Shown here piece by piece: positions 1-8,158 of a DNA stretch of 62,360 nucleotides (position 1 is the stretch's first letter; every line of letters begins with the position of its first letter). A program made the position numbers and the translations under genes. The notes beneath the pieces were generated by a model that did not search any database, was not told where the DNA came from, and saw nothing but the letters and a program-made list of their open reading frames with translations. Origin of the DNA: Spirochaetia bacterium. Lineage in GTDB: Bacteria; Spirochaetota; Spirochaetia; DSM-27196; PWMO01. The stretch lies in the NCBI GenBank assembly GCA_041686235.1, contig JAWLED010000005.1:1-62360 (forward strand), in the 5' to 3' direction.

Positions 1-4
1 GTGT

Positions 5-910
5 GTGTATATGAGTAATGCAAACGAGTTGAACGCCGACTCACCTCAGGCGGTATCGCTGCACGAGGTATCGCTTTCCTCCGGCGGCGGCGGCAGTCGC
101 GGCGGCGGCGGCAGTCGTGGCGGCGGCGGCAGTGGTGGCGGCGGCGGCGGCAGTGGCGGCGGCGGCGGGGCCGAGATATTCTCGAAGATCTCGGTTTCCA
201 TACCGTTGCGACATACCACCCTGGTCATGGGACCGAGCGGCTCGGGCAAATCGACTCTTTTGAAACTCGCCGCCGGGCTTATCCCTGCGGACGAGGGGAC
301 CGTTCGGATGCTCGATTACGACCTCGGTTTCCTGCGCCGGACCGAAGAGCGGGAGTTGCGGCGGCGAAACGGCTTTGTGTTTCAGGATGCGGCCCTGTGG
401 CAGAATCTCAGCGTCTATCAGAATCTTGCGCTACCGCTGCAATATCACCAGGTGACTACCGGACCGTCGGAGACCGAAACCCGGGTGAACGCTCTTGCCG
501 AACGCTTCGACTTGCGCCATCGGTTATCACAGAGACCCGCCGAGCTTTCGGCGGGCGAGCGGAAACTCGTGTCGTTTTGCCGAGCCATTATTCTGGAGCC
601 GGAACTCCTCTTCCTCGACGAGCCGTTGAGTTTTGTGGACTACCACGGTTCTCAGATGATTCTTGCCCGACTGCGAGAGCTAAAGAAACGCGGCACCACG
701 TTGATCGCAAGCACCCACAGCCCCAAAATCAGCTCGCAGTTGGCCGACTATCTCATCGTGCTCGACCGTGGGGGTGTGATTGCCGCCGGACGATTTGACG
801 AGATCGTTCATTCGCAGGAGAGACGGGTTGTCGAAATCCTTTCTGAGGTCTTGAGTGAGGCTGCGAGTTACGACACCGATATCCTTGATCTGCTCGACCC
901 GGAGGACTGA
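5..910 (+). CDS. ABC transporter ATP-binding protein, MlaF-like
   Basis: Walker A GPSGSGKST, signature-like LSAGER, Walker B LLFLDEP and H-loop STHS. Directly upstream of an MCE/MlaD gene. Start is GTG 5 or ATG 11. The frame is open to the window edge, so the N-terminus is not fully certain. Confidence 0.85.
   Translation: MYMSNANELNADSPQAVSLHEVSLSSGGGGSRGGGGSRGGGGSGGGGGGSGGGGGAEIFSKISVSIPLRHTTLVMGPSGSGKSTLLKLAAGLIPADEGTVRMLDYDLGFLRRTEERELRRRNGFVFQDAALWQNLSVYQNLALPLQYHQVTTGPSETETRVNALAERFDLRHRLSQRPAELSAGERKLVSFCRAIILEPELLFLDEPLSFVDYHGSQMILARLRELKKRGTTLIASTHSPKISSQLADYLIVLDRGGVIAAGRFDEIVHSQERRVVEILSEVLSEAASYDTDILDLLDPED
83..169 (+). repeat. In-frame GGC-rich 18-nt tandem repeat encoding a Gly/Ser/Arg tract
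   Basis: Units ggcggcggcggcagtcgc, ggcggcggcggcagtcgt and ggcggcggcggcagtggt occupy 83-136. Further (ggc)n-agt-(ggc)n follows. Translated as GGGGSRGGGGSRGGGGSGGGGGGSGGGGG. Confidence 0.9.
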
Positions 911-949
911 ATTGACGAGAGCGCATTGCTGGGCTAGAGTGGCGGTGAG

Positions 950-1972
950 ATGAAGTTCAAAATTCGGTTTGCAAGTCAGATCGTCGGGATATTCCTGCTG
1001 GTCGCGCTTGGCCTTTTCGTATTCATTCTCATATCCATGGGAGCAAATCAGCGGTGGTTTGCCAAGAATTACTACTACTACAGCACGTTTTCCTCTGCAA
1101 ACGGACTGTCGGTCGGCATGCCCGTCGAGTTCAAAGGATTCAACATCGGCAAGATTACCGACATCGAGCTCACCGCAGACAACGAAGTGCGAGCTACCTT
1201 CTACATCGAGGATACCTACATCGAAAAGGTAAACGAAAACTCGATACTTCGCCTCGTGACCAATCCGCTCGGCCTCGGCGGTGGACTGATCTTCCACCAG
1301 GGCAGAACCGCCGGCGAGCCCATTCCCGAGTACTCCTACATTCCTTCCTGGAACACCAAAGAAGCGCGGTTTCTCGTGGAGCGAAACGAGGTCATCGTGC
1401 CGAGGAATCAGGACCCCATAAACCGAATTTTGACCCAACTCGATCCCCTCCTGGAGAACGCCAACCGGGTCTTGGTGTCTCTGGATACGGCGATGCTGCA
1501 AATCTCGGGGACGCTCACCGGAGAGAGCTCCGGCCCGGTCACCGACATCCTCGCAGAAGCCGAGGCCTCCATATCGCAGCTCGAAACGGTAATTGCCAAC
1601 GTCGACACCATAACGGCAAACGTAGCGGTGGCAAGTGAGGAGATGCGCGACCCAACCGGCCTCGCCACACGGCTCGTCGACCCCAAGGGCTCCTTTGAAA
1701 CCTTTCTCGACGATGACAACGCCATTTACCGGGAGGTCGAATACATGCTCGAAGGCCTCAACGAAAGCGTAGCCCAGCTCGAGGAGTTGTCGCGCTTTGC
1801 CAACGATTCGACACCGCAGCTCTCAGACCTCCTCGAAGAAGGGCGTGAGACGCTAACGACCGGCCAAGACGTGCTCGAAGGGCTGAAGAACAATCCCTTT
1901 TTGCGCGGAGGGATTCCCCAACGCGTGGAACAGCCGGATACCTTTTCGAGCTATAGGGACGACCAGTTTTGA
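950..1972 (+). CDS. MCE/MlaD family protein
   Basis: N-terminal TM (IVGIFLLVALGLFVFILI) followed by an MCE-type core (GLSVGMPVEFKGFNIGKITDIEL...ATFYIED). Helical C-terminal region. Follows the MlaF-like ATPase. Confidence 0.85.
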   Translation: MKFKIRFASQIVGIFLLVALGLFVFILISMGANQRWFAKNYYYYSTFSSANGLSVGMPVEFKGFNIGKITDIELTADNEVRATFYIEDTYIEKVNENSILRLVTNPLGLGGGLIFHQGRTAGEPIPEYSYIPSWNTKEARFLVERNEVIVPRNQDPINRILTQLDPLLENANRVLVSLDTAMLQISGTLTGESSGPVTDILAEAEASISQLETVIANVDTITANVAVASEEMRDPTGLATRLVDPKGSFETFLDDDNAIYREVEYMLEGLNESVAQLEELSRFANDSTPQLSDLLEEGRETLTTGQDVLEGLKNNPFLRGGIPQRVEQPDTFSSYRDDQF

Positions 1973-2952
1973 ACAATCCCTGCGCACCACCGGCGAAACC
2001 GCGAGTCCTCGCGACACTACTCGCGACACTGACGGTCGGACTCCTCATCGGACTTAGCGCCGGGTGTTCCTCGACTCCGGAGCAACCGGAGCGCGTGCTG
2101 GAATCAAAAAACCTTGCCGCACGCCGCGCGGAGTCCGGGGACGCCCAGTACACCCAAGGCAATTATGACCAAGCTCTGTACTTCTACGAGTTGGCGCTCG
2201 AAGAACACCGCTCGGTAGACAATGAGCCGGGGGTGGCGCGCACTCTGAACTCGATCGGAAAGCTCCACCTCGAGCGTGGCGCCTATGAAGACGCCGTCGA
2301 CGCGTTCTCCGCCGCGCGGGATATCTCGCAACGGATCGGCGAGAGCCGGATCTCGCGTCAAAGCATCAATAACCTCGGCGAGGTAGAGCTCCGGCGTGGC
2401 GAGCCGGCCGACGCGGTCCCGCTGTTTGAAGAGGCGCTCGCCGAGGCCGAAGCTGAAAACGACGAGGAAGAACGCGCGATCCTCCTCCACAACCTCGGCA
2501 CCGCGAAAGTGCGCCTGGGGCGATACGAGGAGGGACGGGACCACCTCCGTGAGGCCCGCCGCATCAACGAGGATCGCGAGCGCTTTAGCGAGCTCGCGGC
2601 AAATCTTTACATGCTCGCGTTCGTCCACGCGCGAGAAGATGACCTCGAACGCGCGCGCGCCCTCCTCGACGAGGCGCTCGACCACGACAAGCGTATGGAG
2701 AACTCCGTGGGCATCGCCAAAGATCTCATGGCCCTCGGGATCGTCGAACGACGGCTCGGCAACTATGACCGGTCACTCGACTATTTGCAGCGGTCTCTGC
2801 AAATTCATATCGTGCGAAACGACGCCCAGGCCGCGCTGCAACTCCTCAGCGAACTGGAACGCAGCGCCCAGGTGGCGGGTCGCGAAGACGAGGCTCGCGA
2901 GTACAGCGAACAGCGGCAGCGAGTTGAAACGGCGACCACGGCGGCACCATAA
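1969..2952 (+). CDS. TPR-repeat lipoprotein
   Basis: Signal peptide ending in lipobox LSAGC. Repeated TPR-like helices (ALYFYELALEEHR, ARTLNSIGKLHLERGAYEDAV and others). TTG start overlaps the upstream stop (TTTTGA). Confidence 0.75.
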   Translation: MNNPCAPPAKPRVLATLLATLTVGLLIGLSAGCSSTPEQPERVLESKNLAARRAESGDAQYTQGNYDQALYFYELALEEHRSVDNEPGVARTLNSIGKLHLERGAYEDAVDAFSAARDISQRIGESRISRQSINNLGEVELRRGEPADAVPLFEEALAEAEAENDEEERAILLHNLGTAKVRLGRYEEGRDHLREARRINEDRERFSELAANLYMLAFVHAREDDLERARALLDEALDHDKRMENSVGIAKDLMALGIVERRLGNYDRSLDYLQRSLQIHIVRNDAQAALQLLSELERSAQVAGREDEAREYSEQRQRVETATTAAP

Positions 2953-3428
2953 TGACCGACATGAAAAACGGAGAACAAACACCGGCGGGCTATTCGGCCG
3001 GTTCTACAGTTGCGGCGGCGCTCCGGCGCGTTCTTCGCGGATACGCACGGGTGGGCTCCTGGATTCTCCACCTCATTTCGCTTGCCGCAGCGGCAGCCAT
3101 TGTCAGCCTCGCCATAGTGGTGCCCCTGTGGCTGGCCGCCACGCGCGCCACCGAGGCGTATACTGTTGCGGTCATCACACTAACGGCCGCGGGCATATTG
3201 ACCGCTCTCCTGCGACGCGTCCGAGGCCAAAGCATCGGGGCAGTCATTCCGATAATAAAGACGGCGGGCCGCGTGTTGGCTATCCTGGCGCTGATATACG
3301 CCTTGGTTTTCCTGTTTGTGCGGGGATATACCACGGCGGCGATCGTCATTACCCTTGCCGGGCTCGTGTGGGTCGGTTACGCTGCAGCCGGGAGAAGGAC
3401 TACGCGACATGACAATGGAGCTACGTAG
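2952..3428 (+). CDS. Hypothetical integral membrane protein (about four TM segments)
   Basis: Four hydrophobic stretches. Start ATG overlaps the upstream TAA (TAATG). Coding-like composition. No family recognised. Confidence 0.6.
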   Translation: MTDMKNGEQTPAGYSAGSTVAAALRRVLRGYARVGSWILHLISLAAAAAIVSLAIVVPLWLAATRATEAYTVAVITLTAAGILTALLRRVRGQSIGAVIPIIKTAGRVLAILALIYALVFLFVRGYTTAAIVITLAGLVWVGYAAAGRRTTRHDNGAT

Positions 3429-4341
3429 GCCGCACATCCTCGACGCGCTCATCGTTGTTTTGCTCGTCCTCTTTGTCACCCCGCAGTGGACATACGCTGA
3501 GTATCCCCGCATCAGTGCACTCAACTCGAGGGACGTCGTCTACAAGCAGCACCAATCGGGGGTAGAAGAGTATCACCGGAGCTCCCGCACCGGCGGGGAT
3601 CTTCCCGAGTTGGCGCTGTACAGCTACAAGCCGAAAGATGGGGAAACACTCATCACCATCGCCTCCAAGTTGATGGTCCCATACGGCTCGATTGCCAGCC
3701 TCAACCGGATTGCCAATACCGAGATTCCCAAAGATCGCGATACAATTCTTGTCCCGAACGTTCCCGGCATTTTCTTACCCGAGAGCCCGAGAACCGAGCT
3801 CGAGTATCTTATGTGGGAAGAGCGTAAAGACGAAGTCAGTGGGGCGCGGCGGATTTCGGTTACCATGAACGGGGAGAGACAGCATTTTCACTTTTTCCCC
3901 GGCTCCGATTTCGATCAAATAGAACGACGCGCGTTCTTACGCCTGTTATTCGAACGGCCGGTACGTGATGCGGTTATCTCCTCACATTATGGGTTTCGCG
4001 ACAGCCCGGTCACGGGCCGGCCCCAGTTTCACGGTGGGGTCGATTTTCCGGCGAACGCCGGCACCAATATTGTTGCCGCGCGAGGGGGCCGAGTCAGTGG
4101 CACCGGTGTTGACCCGCTTTACGGCAATTACATACGAATCGAACACGACGGAGGGTTCGAAACGTTCTATGGTCATCTCGGCGACGTAACGGTGAGGTTG
4201 AACGACCGCGTTTCTTCCGGTATGATAATAGGCTCCGTGGGTAATTCGGGACGTTCGACCGGACCGCATCTACACTTCGAAATTCGCCAATACGGCAAAC
4301 GCAGGGATCCGGTACACCATCTTCCGGGGCTCGCCAGATGA
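3409..4341 (+). CDS. LysM domain-containing M23 family metallopeptidase
   Basis: LysM segment (TLITIASKLMVPYGSIASLNRIANTEIPKDRDTILVP). M23 motifs HGGVD and GPHLHFE. Start set at ATG 3409 (MTMELRR, signal-like VVLLVLFV) preceded by GGAGAAGGA. The ORF-track start at 3316 would overlap the previous gene by more than 100 nt. Confidence 0.85.
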   Translation: MTMELRRPHILDALIVVLLVLFVTPQWTYAEYPRISALNSRDVVYKQHQSGVEEYHRSSRTGGDLPELALYSYKPKDGETLITIASKLMVPYGSIASLNRIANTEIPKDRDTILVPNVPGIFLPESPRTELEYLMWEERKDEVSGARRISVTMNGERQHFHFFPGSDFDQIERRAFLRLLFERPVRDAVISSHYGFRDSPVTGRPQFHGGVDFPANAGTNIVAARGGRVSGTGVDPLYGNYIRIEHDGGFETFYGHLGDVTVRLNDRVSSGMIIGSVGNSGRSTGPHLHFEIRQYGKRRDPVHHLPGLAR

Positions 4342-5339
4342 AAAAAGCATGTGCACTGGTTCTTCTCAGCCTCGCGCTCTCGTGGTACTCCTTCGGCCAA
4401 AACCAGGTTCGCGGCAGGCTCACCACCGAGTTAACTGTGGAGCCTTCGAACACCGACGGCGTCGAGGCTCCCTTGAGAGCGGAACGTCTTGCGGCAATAT
4501 CGATCGATCAAGAGCTCGCTTTTCTCAAAGGTATTCAACTGGAAATTCGCGTACCGGATGTCGTTCGAGAATCCGGTGGAGGATTTGCCCTATACCTGTA
4601 CGGTGACGTCAGCCCCGCCCCCTCTTCCGGTCGGCGGCAGTATGAGGGACGTCGAATCTCTTCCGAGAACATCCCCAATACAAGTCGCTTTTTCATGAGC
4701 GTCCCGGTATCCGGCGAACACCGTTTGAAACAAACGGCAGACACACACGTGGTGGACTCGGTTGTTCCGCCCGATCAATTTCCGCTGCTCATGACTATTC
4801 TTCCCGTTATGAAGGGCATGCCGGACGATGCGATGAGTGCAGAGTTTTCGATCACCGCAAAACCCCTACTCCTCGATGTCGGCGCCGCACAATTCCGCAT
4901 TCTCGACCCGGAGGGAACCGATATTCTCGAATCAGCCGGCAGCCTGAGGGAATTCCAACTGTTTCTCGACGGCGAGCAACGAGATTATGACGGCGAACCG
5001 TTCTTTTTGGCTCCGGGACTGCACAGGGTTTCTCTTGAATCGGCGCGTTTCGAGAATCAGCGGCGTACCTTCGGTGTTGAACGAGGGGCCGTTTCGGAAG
5101 TACAATTACAATTAGAAGAGCCGCAGTCATCGGTCAGCTTCGAGGCACCGCAAGATGTGACATTGTTCGTCGACGGTGAGGAGGTGGACCACACGAGCTC
5201 CGGGTTTACGTTGTCCCCGGGGGATCACACGGTAACCTTTCAGATAGGTGAGTATACTGTTAGCAGACGAATCGAGGTGGAGCCCAAAAAGAGCTACGAA
5301 ATTTCGCTTTCTCTCGATATATTAATAAGTGAAGACTAA
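4338..5339 (+). CDS. Secreted hypothetical protein with PEGA-like C-terminal repeats
   Basis: Signal peptide MKKACALVLLSLALSWYSFGQ. C-terminal beta-rich repeats resemble PEGA (HRVSLESARFENQRRTF, HTVTFQIGEYTVSRRIEV). ATGA overlap with the upstream stop. Confidence 0.6.
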   Translation: MKKACALVLLSLALSWYSFGQNQVRGRLTTELTVEPSNTDGVEAPLRAERLAAISIDQELAFLKGIQLEIRVPDVVRESGGGFALYLYGDVSPAPSSGRRQYEGRRISSENIPNTSRFFMSVPVSGEHRLKQTADTHVVDSVVPPDQFPLLMTILPVMKGMPDDAMSAEFSITAKPLLLDVGAAQFRILDPEGTDILESAGSLREFQLFLDGEQRDYDGEPFFLAPGLHRVSLESARFENQRRTFGVERGAVSEVQLQLEEPQSSVSFEAPQDVTLFVDGEEVDHTSSGFTLSPGDHTVTFQIGEYTVSRRIEVEPKKSYEISLSLDILISED

Positions 5340-5368
5340 TAAAATCTCGTCGTGAGACGATAATGGAA

Positions 5369-5419
5369 ACGTCGGTCATCACATATAGTTCCCCTCCCAG
5401 TTGCTATATCGACCGACGT
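5369..5419 (+). other. Long imperfect stem-loop with a C-rich (CCCCUCCC) loop in the 3' UTR
   Basis: ACGTCGGTC (5369-5377) pairs with GACCGACGT (5411-5419). ATATAG (5383-5388) pairs with CTATAT (5404-5409). The 15-nt loop is TTCCCCTCCCAGTTG. Confidence 0.5.
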
Positions 5420-5428
5420 TACCTACCT

Positions 5429-5457
5429 GGCCGGTTCTTCGGAACCGGCCTTTTTTT
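5429..5457 (+). terminator. Rho-independent terminator of the Mla-like/M23 operon
   Basis: GGCCGGTTC-TTCG-GAACCGGCC perfect 9-bp stem followed by TTTTTTT. Confidence 0.85.
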
Positions 5458-5538
5458 GTATCCGCGTTCCGACCCTTTTGCCCCCCGATTTCGGCCCTGC
5501 TTTTGCCCCTGAGGTCGTGGATAGAGGGGCTCGTCATA

Positions 5539-5567
5539 TTGACAAGCTTCTCAGCAAACCATAGTCT
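5539..5567 (+). promoter_or_regulatory. Sigma70-like promoter candidate for PBP1A
   Basis: TTGACA (5539-5544), 17-nt spacer, TAGTCT (5562-5567). The ATG at 5574 lies about where the TSS is expected. No SD is visible. Confidence 0.4.
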
Positions 5568-5573
5568 ATCGGT

Positions 5574-8153
5574 ATGGGTGAGACAGCAAAGCGGCGACTC
5601 GCGATTCGTATCCTCATCGCTGTGGCGCTGCTGGTGGCAGTCGCCGTGGGGGTTTCCACCGGGTTCGCGCTTGCCGCGGTATACGGCGTTCCGGACGTCG
5701 ACAATTACAGTAATCAGACGGCCGCCTTGCCGTCTCAGATATTGGATCGAGACGGAGAGCTCATAACGGAGTTCTTTTCCGAGGAAAACCGAGAGGTTGT
5801 ATCCATAGATGAGCTGCCGCGTCACCTCATCTATGCTCTGATAACGCGCGAGGACCGTTACTTCTTCGAGCACGAAGGCTTCAGCTTCCAGGGCACCGCT
5901 CGGGCGGCGTGGAATCTCCTTAGCAACAACTATGTCTCCGGCGGCAGCACCCTCACCCAACAACTCGCCGGCCACCTTTATGCCGATCGAAATGAGTTCT
6001 CGGTAACGCGTAAAATGCGGGAGCTATGGTGGGCCCTTCAGCTCGAGCGGCACTGGACCAAGTACGAGATATTGGAGCGCTACCTCAACACGATGTTCTT
6101 CGGACACGGGAACTATGGGGTGGAGGCCGCCTCCCAGTACTATTTCGGGCACTCCGCGCGAGATCTCACCCTAGCCGAGTCGGCAATGCTCGTCATTCAG
6201 TTGGCCAACCCCTCGCTCTACTCGCCCATTCGACGACCGAACAACGCGCGGGCCATGCAGGAGCGAATCCTCGATCAGATGGCGCGCAACGGGTATGCGA
6301 CACAGGAAGAGGTGGAGTCCTCCTTCGAGCGGTACTGGGACAACTATGACTTCACGCGGTCTAATACCTCAACCGCGTTTTTCGACCGACAGGATAAGGC
6401 CCCGTACTTCAGCGAGTATGTCCGCTACGAGCTGGAAAACGAGCTCTTGCTCGGCAGTGCCGATATCAATCGGGACGGGTTTGTCGTCCACACCACGCTC
6501 GATCTCGATTTCCAGGAACACGCCCGCTCTTTCGTGCAGGAAGGGTTAACTAAGGCAAATGCGGTATACCGGGAAAACACCATGGAGCGGTCGGATTACG
6601 AAAATACCCTCGTTCCGATCATCGACCTCCTATCGCTAACCGCCGACATACCCCAGTTGTACGTTGGGGACGCAAAACGGCGTCAATCCGCAAAAAGCAC
6701 GTACCACGACAAACTAAACCCCATGGTCGACATGCTTTCGCTGATGTTTGCCACCGAGGAAAACGACCAACTTCGACAGGCATCTCGACGGTCGTATGCG
6801 GTTGGGCAACGGGAGTCGGAGCGTACGACGGTGGAGGGATCTCTTGTCACCCTCGAAAACGATACAGGCCGTATTCGCGCAATGATCGGCGGCAGCCAGT
6901 ACGAGGCACGCAACCAGTTCAATCGAGCCACGGATGCACGGGTCGAGCCCGGCTCCTCGTTCAAACCGCTCTACTACGCCGCTGCAATCGAATCGGAGGA
7001 AATCACTCCCGCGACGATGCTCTACGATTCGCCGGTAGTGTTTTGGAATGACGACGGCTCGCCCTATACGCCGCTGAATTATCGCGGCGAGTGGTCGGGC
7101 CCGGTCCTCGCACGGGATGCCTTGGCGCGCTCGATGAACGTTCCCTCGCTGCGAATCCTCGATCGTGTCGGCTTCGATACGGCCCTCGACATTGCGGGGG
7201 GGCTCCTTGGAATTCCTGAAGAAAATCGGCCACGCCGCAACCTCGTTCGACGGTATCCCGTGGGGCTCGGTATCGTAGAGGTAGCTCCGATCGAGATGGC
7301 AAAGGCATTTGCCACTCTGGCAAATCAAGGAGAGGAAGTCGTGCCCATCGGTATTCGCTATATCGAAGACCGCGACGGCCGCATTATCCTCGAGCCGGAA
7401 AAGGAGCTTCGTGAACAACAGCAACAGCGCGGCGATGAAACTCAAATAGTCTCTCCGCAAACGGCCTATATCATGACCGACATCCTCCAGACCACTGTCG
7501 AGCGGGGCACATTGAGCCACCTCCCGGACAACTATTTTGACGACGACTTCGATCAACCCGTCGGCGGAAAAACGGGAACGACGCAGAATTGGTCGGATGC
7601 GTGGACGATCGGTTTTACGCCATACTACACCACCGCGTTGTGGTTTGGGTTTGACCGCGGGGGCTCGAACTCTCTCGGTACGAACCAGACCGGCGCGGTT
7701 ACCACCGGCCCGGTCTGGGGACGCTACATGAACGCCATCCATAAAGATCTGCCGAGAGAAGAGTTCCAGCGCCCCGCCGACGGCCTCGAGACGGTAGAAG
7801 TCAGCGAGCGCTCCGGGAAGCTCCCAACGGAAGACTACGACGGCTCGACTCGTGAAGAGATTTTCATCAGCGGCACCGAGCCGCAGGACTTCGACACCAT
7901 GGAGGACTTCGAGCAAGAGCAAAGGCCGATTTTAGTTGACCGTCTCCGTCGGAATATCGAGAACCAAAACTATTCGCTCGACAGCAACCCTTCCGACAAC
8001 GTCGACCGGCGGCTCTCGAGTTTTGACCTCGAGCTCGATCTTGGCGACGACGAGCTCGACGATGACCAAGACGATGAGGCGGAAGATGAAGAAGGGGAAG
8101 AATCTACGGAAACCCGTTCAGACCAGCAAGACGGGAATCCGTTTTTGGACTAA
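5574..8153 (+). CDS. Class A penicillin-binding protein (PBP1A family: glycosyltransferase + transpeptidase)
   Basis: N-terminal TM. GT51 motifs EDRYFFEHEGF and GGSTLTQQ. Transpeptidase motifs SSFKP and KTGTT. Acidic low-complexity C-terminal tail. Confidence 0.95.
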   Translation: MGETAKRRLAIRILIAVALLVAVAVGVSTGFALAAVYGVPDVDNYSNQTAALPSQILDRDGELITEFFSEENREVVSIDELPRHLIYALITREDRYFFEHEGFSFQGTARAAWNLLSNNYVSGGSTLTQQLAGHLYADRNEFSVTRKMRELWWALQLERHWTKYEILERYLNTMFFGHGNYGVEAASQYYFGHSARDLTLAESAMLVIQLANPSLYSPIRRPNNARAMQERILDQMARNGYATQEEVESSFERYWDNYDFTRSNTSTAFFDRQDKAPYFSEYVRYELENELLLGSADINRDGFVVHTTLDLDFQEHARSFVQEGLTKANAVYRENTMERSDYENTLVPIIDLLSLTADIPQLYVGDAKRRQSAKSTYHDKLNPMVDMLSLMFATEENDQLRQASRRSYAVGQRESERTTVEGSLVTLENDTGRIRAMIGGSQYEARNQFNRATDARVEPGSSFKPLYYAAAIESEEITPATMLYDSPVVFWNDDGSPYTPLNYRGEWSGPVLARDALARSMNVPSLRILDRVGFDTALDIAGGLLGIPEENRPRRNLVRRYPVGLGIVEVAPIEMAKAFATLANQGEEVVPIGIRYIEDRDGRIILEPEKELREQQQQRGDETQIVSPQTAYIMTDILQTTVERGTLSHLPDNYFDDDFDQPVGGKTGTTQNWSDAWTIGFTPYYTTALWFGFDRGGSNSLGTNQTGAVTTGPVWGRYMNAIHKDLPREEFQRPADGLETVEVSERSGKLPTEDYDGSTREEIFISGTEPQDFDTMEDFEQEQRPILVDRLRRNIENQNYSLDSNPSDNVDRRLSSFDLELDLGDDELDDDQDDEAEDEEGEESTETRSDQQDGNPFLD

Positions 8154-8158
8154 TTACC

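Noticed and set aside
46-249. Poly-Pro ORF on the minus strand
   Set aside because: It is simply the complement of the GGC repeat inside the ABC ATPase gene.
6714-7922. 402-aa ORF antisense to the PBP1A gene
   Set aside because: It lies wholly inside a gene with unambiguous PBP motifs. Its Arg/Gly/Ala/Val-rich composition has no motifs. This is the typical shadow ORF of a GC-rich coding region.
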